Source: an uncultured virus (IMG/VR IMGVR_UViG_3300037493_002973) (taxonomy: Duplodnaviria > Heunggongvirae > Uroviricota > Caudoviricetes). Taken from it: a DNA stretch of 64,000 nucleotides. Both the position numbers and the translations under genes were made by a program. The stretch lies in IMG/VR virus record IMGVR_UViG_3300037493_002973; one strand, given 5' to 3'. Below are positions 35,252-44,330 of this stretch, piece by piece (positions within the stretch are counted from its first letter, which is position 1; every line of letters starts with the position of its first letter). The notes beneath the pieces were generated by a model. It saw only the letters and a list, made by a program, of their open reading frames with translations. It was not told where the DNA came from and ran no database searches.

Positions 35252-35737
35252 CTAATTCACAATAGTTAATCCACTTTTAGTTTTCCCCTCGATGATATTC
35301 TCTGCAAGGACATCCACTTCGGCAATCATCTTTTCCATTTCCACAAGAATATCGGGATAGCGGTCTTTAAGGAAGTTCTGCATTCCTGGCCATGCGTGTA
35401 TCATAAACTCGATTTGCGCAGGAAGGGGTGATTCATTGTATGCCTTACCGATATTCCGTAGGAAGTAATTCATATCATCTTCATCCATAGTTTGAAGCGT
35501 GAATCTCCGCGTGCGGAACATTTTGCCATCCCACTTTTGATACATAAAGTATTTCGGGTTGTGTGGCTTAATAGGTTCTTGCGGTTGCTCTACAATGGTT
35601 TCTGCAACTACTTCCTCTTCATCAGAAGAAAAGTCGTTAGCATTCATCTTTACTTCCATTTCAGGAGTCTCAATATTTTTAAGTTCTTCCCAAAACTCTT
35701 TTTTTTCAACTTCTTCTTTTGCTTTTCTTTTAGCCAT
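35252..35737 (-). CDS. Hypothetical acidic protein
   Basis: Start reassigned to MAKRK (35737), downstream of the promoter box at 35762-35769. Confidence 0.65.
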   Translation of the reverse strand: MAKRKAKEEVEKKEFWEELKNIETPEMEVKMNANDFSSDEEEVVAETIVEQPQEPIKPHNPKYFMYQKWDGKMFRTRRFTLQTMDEDDMNYFLRNIGKAYNESPLPAQIEFMIHAWPGMQNFLKDRYPDILVEMEKMIAEVDVLAENIIEGKTKSGLTIVN

Positions 35738-35761
35738 GACGGTTTTCGTAAATGAGTTCGA

Positions 35762-35833
35762 CAAAGATACGATTAGTTTGTAAAAAAGAAAGAAAGAATA
35801 AACTTTTTTATACCGAAAATTAAATTACCTTTG
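35762..35833. promoter_or_regulatory. Divergent pair of Bacteroidota-type promoters
   Basis: TATCTTTG on minus (35762-35769) and TACCTTTG on plus (35826-35833), at the strand switch. Confidence 0.75.
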
Positions 35834-35858
35834 TTGCCGACATTAAAGATAAGAAACA

Positions 35859-36161
35859 ATGAGTAAAGAAGAAAAAAGTACGTTCATCCCTAAAGCAAGG
35901 ACAATAGTAAGTCGTTCCGATAGGGCTTTCTACATATCTGAGAAAGAAGATGGAACATTAGGAGGAACACAACCTATGACAGTAAGTGAATACGTTGTAG
36001 CAACTCTTGACAAGGTAAAAGAACTTGGAATACAAAAGGGAGAACGAGGGATAGCAAACAACAGAGCTTCTGTTATGTATAGGGTAAAACACGGTAAGTT
36101 GAAATCTAAGGTAGAGTTCAATATGATTATTGTTTGGGAGGAAAAAGGTAAGCGCCCATAA
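35859..36161 (+). CDS. Hypothetical basic protein
   Basis: First gene after the plus-strand promoter; A-rich leader. Confidence 0.65.
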   Translation: MSKEEKSTFIPKARTIVSRSDRAFYISEKEDGTLGGTQPMTVSEYVVATLDKVKELGIQKGERGIANNRASVMYRVKHGKLKSKVEFNMIIVWEEKGKRP

Positions 36162-36175
36162 CAAGTAATAGGGAT

Positions 36176-37501
36176 ATGCAGATTCTTCCTATGGGTACGG
36201 GTTCTTCTGTTAAGCAGCAATTTATCCCAAGGGATTACCAAGAAAAAGGAATTGTTTGTGGATTGGATTTTCTTAATAGTGATACTGGACAGAATGAATT
36301 GCAGGTGATTCCTTGCGGAGGTGGGAAGAGTGTTATAATTGCGGGGATATGCGAAAGGTTCACAGGAAATGTCCTTGTTCTACAACCCTCTCAGGAAATC
36401 CTTCGGCAGAACTACTCCAAGTTTATTTCTTACGGAGGTCACGCAGGGATATTTTCTGCTTCTGTTGGAAGGAAGGACGTTTCACGGGTGACGTTCGCAT
36501 CTATTCAAAGTGTGATGTCCCGAAAAAGAGGACAACTCGATAATAACGGAAGGGAAACCTACATTTATAGTTCGGTACAAAACTTCATGCACTATCGTCA
36601 TATAATAATTGATGAAGTACATTTAGGGTCGGCTGCGGGTGAAAGTCAGTTGTCAGATTTTATTACCATGCTGGAGGCTTATCACAAAAAGAAGCCTCGT
36701 GTATTGGGCTTTACAGCAACTCCATTTAGAATGAGCAGATGCTCGGACAAGAATGGAAATAGCGATTCTATGCTGAAATTCTTAACCCGTACACGACCAA
36801 GGATTCTTGGGCATCTTTCTTATTGGGTTCAAATATCTGAATTGAAAGAGCGCGGATTTCTTTGTAAAACCGATTATTATTCACTTACAAAGCAGTTAGG
36901 GTTTAATCGGAATGCTATTAAAGTAAATAGTACGGGTGCCGATTACGATGAAGATTCTTTAAGAGCGTATTACGATACGATTGATTTCAAGAACGATATT
37001 GTAAGCATAGTGAAAAGGATAAACAATAAGGGTAAGCGCGTTCTCGCATTCTGTTCTTTTGTTGCGGATGCTGAGTATGTATCTTCTATGTTGGGTAATA
37101 GCGCTACGGTACATGCTTTAACTCCTCGTGCGGAAAGACTCCGTATAGAAGCTGCTTTTAAGAGGGGTGATTTAATGTCTGTTATCAATTGCTCTACATG
37201 GACAGTAGGATATGATGATGAGGCATTGGATTGCGTTGTTTTGGCAAAGCCTATGAGGTCGCTTTCTCTTTACTATCAAATGCTATCGAGAGGGCTTCGC
37301 ATAGACCCTAAAAAGAAGGATAAATTAGCTTGGTTTGTGGATTTGTGCGGGAATATGTCTGTGTTTGGGAAGGTGGAAGATTTAATTGTTGGACACGACA
37401 TAAAGGGGCTTCCCGTTATAAGAGGCACTAAAGGAAAGTTGTTGACAGGAGTTCCATTAAAAGAACAAGAGATAGAAATGGAAACGCAAGTTTTTGGATA
37501 A
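36176..37501 (+). CDS. Superfamily 2 DNA helicase (RadD/UvsW-like)
   Basis: PRDYQ, PCGGGKS (Walker A), IIDEVH, TATP, TVGYD, YYQMLSRGLR. Confidence 0.92.
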   Translation: MQILPMGTGSSVKQQFIPRDYQEKGIVCGLDFLNSDTGQNELQVIPCGGGKSVIIAGICERFTGNVLVLQPSQEILRQNYSKFISYGGHAGIFSASVGRKDVSRVTFASIQSVMSRKRGQLDNNGRETYIYSSVQNFMHYRHIIIDEVHLGSAAGESQLSDFITMLEAYHKKKPRVLGFTATPFRMSRCSDKNGNSDSMLKFLTRTRPRILGHLSYWVQISELKERGFLCKTDYYSLTKQLGFNRNAIKVNSTGADYDEDSLRAYYDTIDFKNDIVSIVKRINNKGKRVLAFCSFVADAEYVSSMLGNSATVHALTPRAERLRIEAAFKRGDLMSVINCSTWTVGYDDEALDCVVLAKPMRSLSLYYQMLSRGLRIDPKKKDKLAWFVDLCGNMSVFGKVEDLIVGHDIKGLPVIRGTKGKLLTGVPLKEQEIEMETQVFG

Positions 37502-37516
37502 GTAAAAAAAGAAAAA

Positions 37517-38014
37517 ATGGAAAACAAATTTGTAATTGCAGTTGACCCTGGAAACATAGAATCAGCAATCTGTGTATATAACGGAGAGAAGATTGTGTAT
37601 TGCGAAAAAGTAAACAATAAAGAGTTCTTCAACCATCTCGAGCATAATATCACCCAATCTCTTGTAAGCGGATTATATGCCCGTCCAAGTATCTACATCG
37701 AGGACATTCAAGCGATGGGAATGGCGGTTGGAAGCGAAGTTTTTAACACGGCAAAAATGATTGGGAAAATCCAATACCATCTCGAACTGAAAAAAGACCC
37801 TTACACTATGGTAAAAAGAACGGAGATAAAACTTCACCATTGCGGAAGTGTTCGAGCGAAGGACACTAACATAAGACAATCTTTAATAGACCGCTTCGGA
37901 GATAAGGGCACGAAGAAAGCGCAAGGATTCTTTTACGGCATCTCGGGGAATGATGAATGGAGTTCTTGTGCTATCGCGATATACGGCCACGATATGTTAA
38001 ACGGAAGGAAATGA
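37517..38014 (+). CDS. RuvC-like Holliday junction resolvase
   Basis: IAVDPG, IYIEDI, conserved Lys region, C-terminal NDEWSSCAIA. Confidence 0.8.
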   Translation: MENKFVIAVDPGNIESAICVYNGEKIVYCEKVNNKEFFNHLEHNITQSLVSGLYARPSIYIEDIQAMGMAVGSEVFNTAKMIGKIQYHLELKKDPYTMVKRTEIKLHHCGSVRAKDTNIRQSLIDRFGDKGTKKAQGFFYGISGNDEWSSCAIAIYGHDMLNGRK

Positions 38015-38949
38015 GCCTCCAAGCAAAACCCAAATTATGCTCCTGTTGCGGAACCTTGCAGAAGTTATGGAAAGCGAACCCTCCTATGTGTAAAAACTGC
38101 TACGGGAGAAACAAGCAAGCGGAACTTGATGGAGCTAAAATCATGGAAAACCTTTTAGTAGAAGGTGAAAAGCATAGATTTGAAAATCCACCTCATTTTG
38201 GTAAGTTTACATTAAAATCTGAAGAGATGACTGATGGAAAGTGTTTATACTGTTCTACTCCAACAAAGAAATGGGGAGTTGGGTTTACTAAGTTTTGCAA
38301 CCACACTTGCGGTGATAGGTATAGAACTTTACAAGAAAAGTTTGTGCCAAAGTTGCTCATATGTCCTATTTGTAAAATCGAATTTCTTCAAAAAAATAGC
38401 ATGAGCAAACTTTGCTCTAAGAAGTGTAACGGGAGGTATCACAACTCATTAGTTAGTAAAAAGCCTGAAACGAAATCATGCAAAGTTTGCGAAAAAGAAT
38501 ATGTCCCGTATACATCTCTCGATAAATATTGTTCCGTTGAGTGTAGGGTTGTAAACAAAAAGTCAGGACGTTCATTTCAATGGGGTGAACAAAGTGTTAA
38601 AAACAGAATTGGAAAGAATAATCCAAATTACAAGCATGGATTAAAAGTAGCCGATATAAATAAAAAACAAAAGGAGTACATGAGAGTTAGGGATAAACTT
38701 CATGCTTGTATTATTGAAAAAGACGGTTATTTATCTTGCCAAAATTGCCATAAGTCAAACGTTAAGTTTGAAACTCACCATATAGTATTTAGGAGCGAAA
38801 GGCCGAGTCACGAACATATCCACAACCCAAAAAACCTAATTGTTGTTTGCGTTCCATGTCACAATTATTTTCATAACGTAAAATCAAATAGAAACCAACT
38901 TGTTTACGATAGAGGGTTGGAGGAATTATTCGGGAATCTATATAAGTAA
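38011..38949 (+). CDS. HNH endonuclease with multiple Zn-finger repeats
   Basis: Repeated CxxC...CSxxC units; CQNC...ETHHI...NLIVVCVPCHNYFH. Start reassigned to the ATGA overlap at 38011. Confidence 0.85.
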   Translation: MSLQAKPKLCSCCGTLQKLWKANPPMCKNCYGRNKQAELDGAKIMENLLVEGEKHRFENPPHFGKFTLKSEEMTDGKCLYCSTPTKKWGVGFTKFCNHTCGDRYRTLQEKFVPKLLICPICKIEFLQKNSMSKLCSKKCNGRYHNSLVSKKPETKSCKVCEKEYVPYTSLDKYCSVECRVVNKKSGRSFQWGEQSVKNRIGKNNPNYKHGLKVADINKKQKEYMRVRDKLHACIIEKDGYLSCQNCHKSNVKFETHHIVFRSERPSHEHIHNPKNLIVVCVPCHNYFHNVKSNRNQLVYDRGLEELFGNLYK

Positions 38950-38979
38950 AGCAATCACAAATAACTAAATGGAAAGAAG

Positions 38980-39138
38980 ATGAACGAAGAAATTGAACCA
39001 AATGAAATACATGTTCCAAACCATGTCGCAATACCTTTTATTGTCCTTGGGGTAATCGTATCAATGTACTGCTTTAGTTCCTTGTTGGGGATTCTTTTGG
39101 GGTTATACGATGTAGTTAAGATATTAAACATAGAATAA
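38980..39138 (+). CDS. Small membrane protein (52 aa)
   Basis: Hand-translated MNEEIEPNEIHVPNHVAIPFIVLGVIVSMYCFSSLLGILLGLYDVVKILNIE. Confidence 0.55.
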   Translation: MNEEIEPNEIHVPNHVAIPFIVLGVIVSMYCFSSLLGILLGLYDVVKILNIE

Positions 39139-39145
39139 AAAATTT

Positions 39146-39271
39146 TTCCCAAGGCAAATCATCAGGCACCCCGTACTCTTTGGGGTGAGCAAAGTAGATG
39201 CCCACTCAGCATCATGTTGAAAACGCCATTGCTATTTGGGAGTTGTAGACGTTGGGCGTAATGGGTGGGAA
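39146..39271 (+). ncRNA. Putative structured RNA
   Basis: GC-rich multi-stem segment whose imperfect pairs are G-U on the plus strand; directly followed by a terminator. Confidence 0.45.
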
Positions 39272-39276
39272 GGAGC

Positions 39277-39316
39277 AAAAGAAAGCCCCGATAGAGATTT
39301 CTCTTCGGGGCTTTTC
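39277..39316. terminator. Bidirectional intrinsic terminator
   Basis: AAAGCCCCGA...TCGGGGCTTT stem with A-run and T-run, between convergent blocks. Confidence 0.85.
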
Positions 39317-39341
39317 TATTGGGATTGGATGTGGATTCTTT

Positions 39342-40460
39342 TTAAGCGCCTATCTCTTCGTTCACAAATTGAACCGAAATACGGCTATCTGCTGGAAGTG
39401 CTTGCTTGCTTACAAGTTCGTTAAACTTTGCAACAGCATCCTCGAGGGAGGTTATTGACTTAAACTGCAAATCGGGTCTCGTAGCCAAACCTCTTTTCTT
39501 AGCCAAGTCTTGCACAAATGCAATACCACGAGATTCATTTGCAGAACCGTTAACGACATTTACTACCTTATTGGCTGCGGCAACATCTTCAGACAATCCT
39601 GTAGCGTTAGAGATAGCAATTTTAAGTGAACGGTAAATATCATCTTCGTTTACAAGGTCAATCATTGCCTCTTGCTCGCTAACTCCAAGTCTACGGCTTC
39701 CGAAAATCAAATACCCTTGCTTATCTTCAATAACTCCGCAAGCGATACCCTTTTTAATGTACCTAGAAACCTCTATCTCCTTATCAGATAGTGTAGGAGT
39801 TACAATGTACTCCATAAACTTCCTACGGGCTTCCGATTTAGGGTTATTTACAACTTGATTGGAAAGCATGTAGTACAAATCTTCATGGCTAACTTCTCTG
39901 TCAGGTTGTTCTCCAATAAGGAACAACGCATCGCGAAGCTTCTTAGCATCACCTTTCATCTCTCTTAATTTAACGGAGATGTCGATAGTATCTTCATTAT
40001 CGGCAATGTTCTGTTTCCGCGCAAGGCGCATATCCTCAAAGAAGTACTGAGCAGAAGCATTCTTTCCAAGCGCACTTTGTGTAATCCTATCAAACTCTTT
40101 AGAATCACTTCTATTAAGTAAAATTGGAGTAGATGAAAATAGCGCGATAATATCATCTACCTGAGAATCTGTATAGCCATGACTTTTACGCATAACCATA
40201 GAGGGCTTACTCTTGCTGAACTCCAATTTCATCAAAGGAAGTTTTGCAGCGATGTTCATTCCCGTTTCCGTAGACAAGTCTTTGTCTGCAATCGCCCATC
40301 CTGAAACCAATACCTTGCTCCTTAGAGGGTTTTTCTTTTCGGGTACTTCAATGTAAACTCCAAGCCCTCCTCTTGTAGAGAGCAACTCCCTATTCATTCC
40401 TACACGGAGTAATACATCGGGGTCTTCGGTAATCGCTTTTTGACTTCTTTTAAGTGCCAT
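39342..40460 (-). CDS. Conserved protein downstream of the capsid genes (crAss-like head module)
   Basis: YIKKGIACGVI...GYLIFGSRRLG...AMIDL pattern and position after the capsid genes. Confidence 0.55.
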   Translation of the reverse strand: MALKRSQKAITEDPDVLLRVGMNRELLSTRGGLGVYIEVPEKKNPLRSKVLVSGWAIADKDLSTETGMNIAAKLPLMKLEFSKSKPSMVMRKSHGYTDSQVDDIIALFSSTPILLNRSDSKEFDRITQSALGKNASAQYFFEDMRLARKQNIADNEDTIDISVKLREMKGDAKKLRDALFLIGEQPDREVSHEDLYYMLSNQVVNNPKSEARRKFMEYIVTPTLSDKEIEVSRYIKKGIACGVIEDKQGYLIFGSRRLGVSEQEAMIDLVNEDDIYRSLKIAISNATGLSEDVAAANKVVNVVNGSANESRGIAFVQDLAKKRGLATRPDLQFKSITSLEDAVAKFNELVSKQALPADSRISVQFVNEEIGA

Positions 40461-40497
40461 TTGAAATGTGTTTTAGTTAGAACTACTGTTTAGATTA

Positions 40498-40545
40498 CAA
40501 ATGTATATAAAAAAAAGAGGAGTACAACTTAATGTACTCCTCTTT
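40498..40545 (-). terminator. Terminator after the capsid genes, followed by a -7 promoter box
   Basis: 13-bp stem AAAGAGGAGTACA/TGTACTCCTCTTT with U-tail; TACATTTG at 40498-40505. Confidence 0.85.
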
Positions 40546-40567
40546 ATTAAAAGATATGTGTTACTGC

Positions 40568-41614
40568 TTAGAGCAACAATGGGTCTACGGCAGTTCCCGC
40601 AGAATCCAAGTACTGTTCAACGTAAGAGAACTGCGTCATAAGCAACAAGGCGTTTGCAGCAGAACCTGTGGCGCTGATAAAGTAATGTTTCTCGAAAGGA
40701 GAACCGTCACCAACAGTCATTGTAGAACCTGAAGGAGTAAGACCCGAAACAACTACCTCGTGGTAAGTGTTTGCAGCTACGATGTCTACATTCGGATTTC
40801 CACCACCTACAACATTCCGTTTAGCGATAATGTCGGCACCGTAACCTGACGCTTCTGTTGCAAGAAGTACCCATGTAGAGGTTTGGTTGGTGATTGTTGC
40901 TGAAATCGTATCCGCGATGTACACAATTGAAGTGCTGGCGGTAAACGCTGAAACACGAAGTATTACACCTTGTGTTCCTGTTAAACCGTTAATCAACTGA
41001 GCGCCCGTCCAAGTGATGTAGTGCAACTGTCCAACCGCAACTCCTGTTGTTGAAGCAAGTGTTACTGTAAGAGTAGCTGTTGAAGCCACCGCGTCACATC
41101 CTGCGGCAGAAGAAGCTCCACTTGCAAGTTGGCTTGCAACAGTCATATTGATAGGTTGTGAAACCGAAACAAGACCGTAGGTAGCAAGACCTGCAATAGT
41201 AACACCTCCATTGCTTGAAGTGATTGCTGTTGCAGTAGCGAACAATTGACCTGAGTCAATAAATCCTTGTACTGCTGCGGCAAACGCTGCTCCTGCAACT
41301 GCTGAAGAAGGAACTGTTGGGAATGAAATATCAACAGTAAGGAATCTAGGAAGTTCTCCGTTCATAGAACCTGCTTGCGATTGAGAGATAACGAAGCGGT
41401 ACTGTGTATTCGCTGCAAGAGATGCAGTTACAGTAACGTCAATATCCGCAAGGGTTTCTGCGATGAAGTACTTCAAAGATATGCTGGAAACCTTCGGGCG
41501 AAGGAATCCAACCGTATCTCCTGTTACTAACACCAATCCGTTTCCAGGACGGGTTAAGTCGCCTGCCGTAGCTGCAACTGTATTGATAACGTAATTGAAA
41601 AGTGATTTTGACAT
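40568..41614 (-). CDS. Auxiliary capsid / decoration protein
   Basis: A/T/S/V-rich 348 aa directly after the MCP, before a strong terminator. Confidence 0.6.
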   Translation of the reverse strand: MSKSLFNYVINTVAATAGDLTRPGNGLVLVTGDTVGFLRPKVSSISLKYFIAETLADIDVTVTASLAANTQYRFVISQSQAGSMNGELPRFLTVDISFPTVPSSAVAGAAFAAAVQGFIDSGQLFATATAITSSNGGVTIAGLATYGLVSVSQPINMTVASQLASGASSAAGCDAVASTATLTVTLASTTGVAVGQLHYITWTGAQLINGLTGTQGVILRVSAFTASTSIVYIADTISATITNQTSTWVLLATEASGYGADIIAKRNVVGGGNPNVDIVAANTYHEVVVSGLTPSGSTMTVGDGSPFEKHYFISATGSAANALLLMTQFSYVEQYLDSAGTAVDPLLL

Positions 41615-41648
41615 GATTTCTGTGTCTTTTTTTTGAGTTGGTTAAAAA

Positions 41649-43016
41649 TTAAAGGGCTGCTTCAAAGATACCTGAGTACTGACCTGTGATCATATTCACA
41701 CCACCGTGATACATGAAGTTAATCTCGCTGCGGTCGATTGCAGAAGTACTAACCATGTAACCTTCAGGGTTTGAAAGTTGACCATCCGCAGTAGGCATAC
41801 CTACAGGGCAATCACCAATACCTGTGCTACGTCCAATGTAGAAAGGAGATTCTCCGAAGTGAAGTTTCTCAATAGCAGGAACTGTACCTCCACCATCAAT
41901 CATAACTGGGTCTTGGTCAATCAAGTAACATGACCATTCTTTCTTCATTCCTGTCATGCCTGCACCTGATGTAAGTACACGGTCATAATCCAACTCTTGG
42001 AACAAAGCAAGGTTAGTAACCAAGTCAACTTCAAAACCTGATACCATAAAACGATTGGCATTGAAGTTAATATCACCAGTAAGCATAGCTTTAGGCTGCA
42101 ACTGCTCGATAAATCCAGTAGTGAAGTTTGCGTTGATGTGTTGATACAAGGCATTACCCATGTAAAGTTTCTTCAAGCGAATGTAACCAGGACGTTGGTA
42201 GAATACTGATTTCAACCAATCAACAAATTGACCTTGTGTTGGAAGTGCGGCAAACTGAACAACGTTACCACCGCGATTACGGATAGCCCAATCCACACCT
42301 CCGTTACGAGAGAAGTCATTGTTTGGCGCTTCAGGTTGACCCCACAACCAAGAACGCTCGATGTCTTTCAACATGCGGTCAAGGGCAGAAGAGATTTGTC
42401 CAAATTCCCAAAACTTACCTTTCCATTCAACACGAGCTTTAATCATGTCAACACGGTTCCATTGGGCACCGTCTCTCAAAAGAGAAAGGTAGTTCAATTG
42501 GATTTCAGGAACACGGTTCAATCCAGGTACTCCGCTTGAGTTACGGTAGTTCTTGTAAAGACCGATAGTCTGAACATCATTACCAACTGTGAATGAAGAA
42601 AACAAGGTGGCAGCAGTAGAACCTGCGGAAGGAGCAACGGTAATCTGACCAGGAGCAACTGCAACAACAATACCTTGCACTTGTTTAGAGGTAGAGAAAA
42701 CAACGTTACCTTCACGGTAGAACTCAACAGGATTACCTCCTAGTGGTTGTAGGTCAACAACAAGGTTGCCTGCGATTATTGCTGTGTTTTGGATTTCCGC
42801 AACCAATTCATCGTCACCGATGTAAGATTCGCGATATTCCAATACGTTTAGGCTTTTAGAAGCCATTGGGATGCCAACGTTAAGTTGTTCAATGTCTTGC
42901 ATGAAGTAGCATCCTTTGCTAATCTTACGAACACGGGAAACATCGTTCCAGTCTGTAAGGGTTGCGATTTGGAGGTTATCCAAAACGCTCAGAGTATTTG
43001 ATGGAGTAGTGGCCAT
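41649..43016 (-). CDS. Major capsid protein
   Basis: 455 aa after portal and scaffold; LKDIERSWLWG...NGGVDWAI HK97-like pattern; codon bias consistent with high expression. Confidence 0.8.
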   Translation of the reverse strand: MATTPSNTLSVLDNLQIATLTDWNDVSRVRKISKGCYFMQDIEQLNVGIPMASKSLNVLEYRESYIGDDELVAEIQNTAIIAGNLVVDLQPLGGNPVEFYREGNVVFSTSKQVQGIVVAVAPGQITVAPSAGSTAATLFSSFTVGNDVQTIGLYKNYRNSSGVPGLNRVPEIQLNYLSLLRDGAQWNRVDMIKARVEWKGKFWEFGQISSALDRMLKDIERSWLWGQPEAPNNDFSRNGGVDWAIRNRGGNVVQFAALPTQGQFVDWLKSVFYQRPGYIRLKKLYMGNALYQHINANFTTGFIEQLQPKAMLTGDINFNANRFMVSGFEVDLVTNLALFQELDYDRVLTSGAGMTGMKKEWSCYLIDQDPVMIDGGGTVPAIEKLHFGESPFYIGRSTGIGDCPVGMPTADGQLSNPEGYMVSTSAIDRSEINFMYHGGVNMITGQYSGIFEAAL

Positions 43017-43055
43017 TTTGGGCTGTTTGTTTTAAAAGGTTATTTTTTGATTGAA

Positions 43056-44228
43056 TTATTGCATGTTCGCTAATTTCTGAGCCTCCCGTAAAGAAGTTTC
43101 TCTTGAAACCGACTGGCCGCGAGTTCCTGAAGGTCTTGCTTTGAGACCACTCATAGGCTTTCCTTGCTTGATGGCGTTCCGTTTATTCGCATCTCGTTTT
43201 CCTGCTTCGTAAGCGGCATTTAAGATGTCGTACTTGGAATCCACGAGCAATTGAGCTTCGATGGCTTCTTGCACATTCTTCGCTCCTTTCGGCAATCCAT
43301 TTACGCGGATACTGTCGAGGACTTTAGCTGTGTGCTTTTCAGTAAGTGTAATCCCAAAGAACTTCTGTCCAAGATATTCAGTTTTCAGCGCGCTATCGGC
43401 TTCCCCTATTGTCTTGGTGAGTGTTTCCTTAGAAGCATTCACATCCTGATTTATTTTTGTGGCAAGTAATTCTTTGCTTTTGCTGTATTCAGCTATAAGC
43501 GCTTGCCTAAGAACCTTTGTATCTTCTTTTTGAGCCAAGTAGGATTTCTCCTTAAATGCTTCAATGCTATCCTCAATATCCTCGTCTGTGATATTAGAAT
43601 CTTCTTTCTGCATTTCTCTTAACTCGTACATCTTCAGCTCTACAGGAGTTACCGTGTTTGGATTCCGAGTAAGACCTGATTTGACAATTAACTCTATAAA
43701 GTCTATGTCAGCATTCTCTTCTTTGGCTTTAACAAAGGCTTTGTAAACAATATCTTCCTCGAGTTTTTCTACACGGGCAATCTTTGTTTTAACTTCCTCA
43801 GGAAGGTCTGCTATAGGAGTAACTTTTCCGTCAGCGGCAACAATTGCAGATTCTGCTTTAGAGCCTTTACCGAAGAAATCCGAACCAAGACCCGATTCAG
43901 AAGAACCTTCAGATTCATTTGTTGTAGTTTCTGCAAGAGATGTAATTGCAAGGGCAACTAATTCATCCTCTGTTTTATCTGCATTAGCAGGGTCTTTAGC
44001 AAGTTCAGTTGTCTTAGCGATTATCGCTTTGTTCTCCTCTTGTAAAGATTGTAGTTTGGATTTTTGGGCTGCTTCAAATTCATCAGCAAGTTCGTGTTCT
44101 GCTTTACCGACATTTGCTTCAAGAACCGATTTGCGTACTTCTTCTTGAGTCTCATCATCAAGAATCAACTCGATTATAGGCTTGCTATCCTCTTCTTGAC
44201 CTTCTACTTTTCCTTCTTCAACCGCCAT
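43056..44228 (-). CDS. Scaffold-like acidic protein
   Basis: Very Glu-rich helical protein with a basic C-terminus, between portal and MCP. Confidence 0.65.
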   Translation of the reverse strand: MAVEEGKVEGQEEDSKPIIELILDDETQEEVRKSVLEANVGKAEHELADEFEAAQKSKLQSLQEENKAIIAKTTELAKDPANADKTEDELVALAITSLAETTTNESEGSSESGLGSDFFGKGSKAESAIVAADGKVTPIADLPEEVKTKIARVEKLEEDIVYKAFVKAKEENADIDFIELIVKSGLTRNPNTVTPVELKMYELREMQKEDSNITDEDIEDSIEAFKEKSYLAQKEDTKVLRQALIAEYSKSKELLATKINQDVNASKETLTKTIGEADSALKTEYLGQKFFGITLTEKHTAKVLDSIRVNGLPKGAKNVQEAIEAQLLVDSKYDILNAAYEAGKRDANKRNAIKQGKPMSGLKARPSGTRGQSVSRETSLREAQKLANMQ

Positions 44229-44266
44229 TTTATTGGGTATTACAGATTAGTGAATAATATTGGTCT

Positions 44267-44301
44267 CAAACATACAAATTAAATCTACGTGAATCACGTA
44301 G
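44267..44301 (-). promoter_or_regulatory. Promoter box(es) with palindromic operator CTACGT-N5-ACGTAG
   Basis: TATGTTTG at 44267-44274; palindrome at 44285-44301. Confidence 0.65.
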
Positions 44302-44330
44302 TATTTTTCTAAGTGTTTTACTTAGGAAGT

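Noticed and set aside
33319..38949. Group I intron or intein associated with the HNH genes
   Set aside because: Both HNH genes are free-standing between intact genes; no interrupted host gene or splice motifs were seen.
39140..39170. Hammerhead ribozyme (minus-strand CUGAUGA...GAAA)
   Set aside because: No stem II can form between the two core motifs, and G-U pairs favour plus-strand folding.
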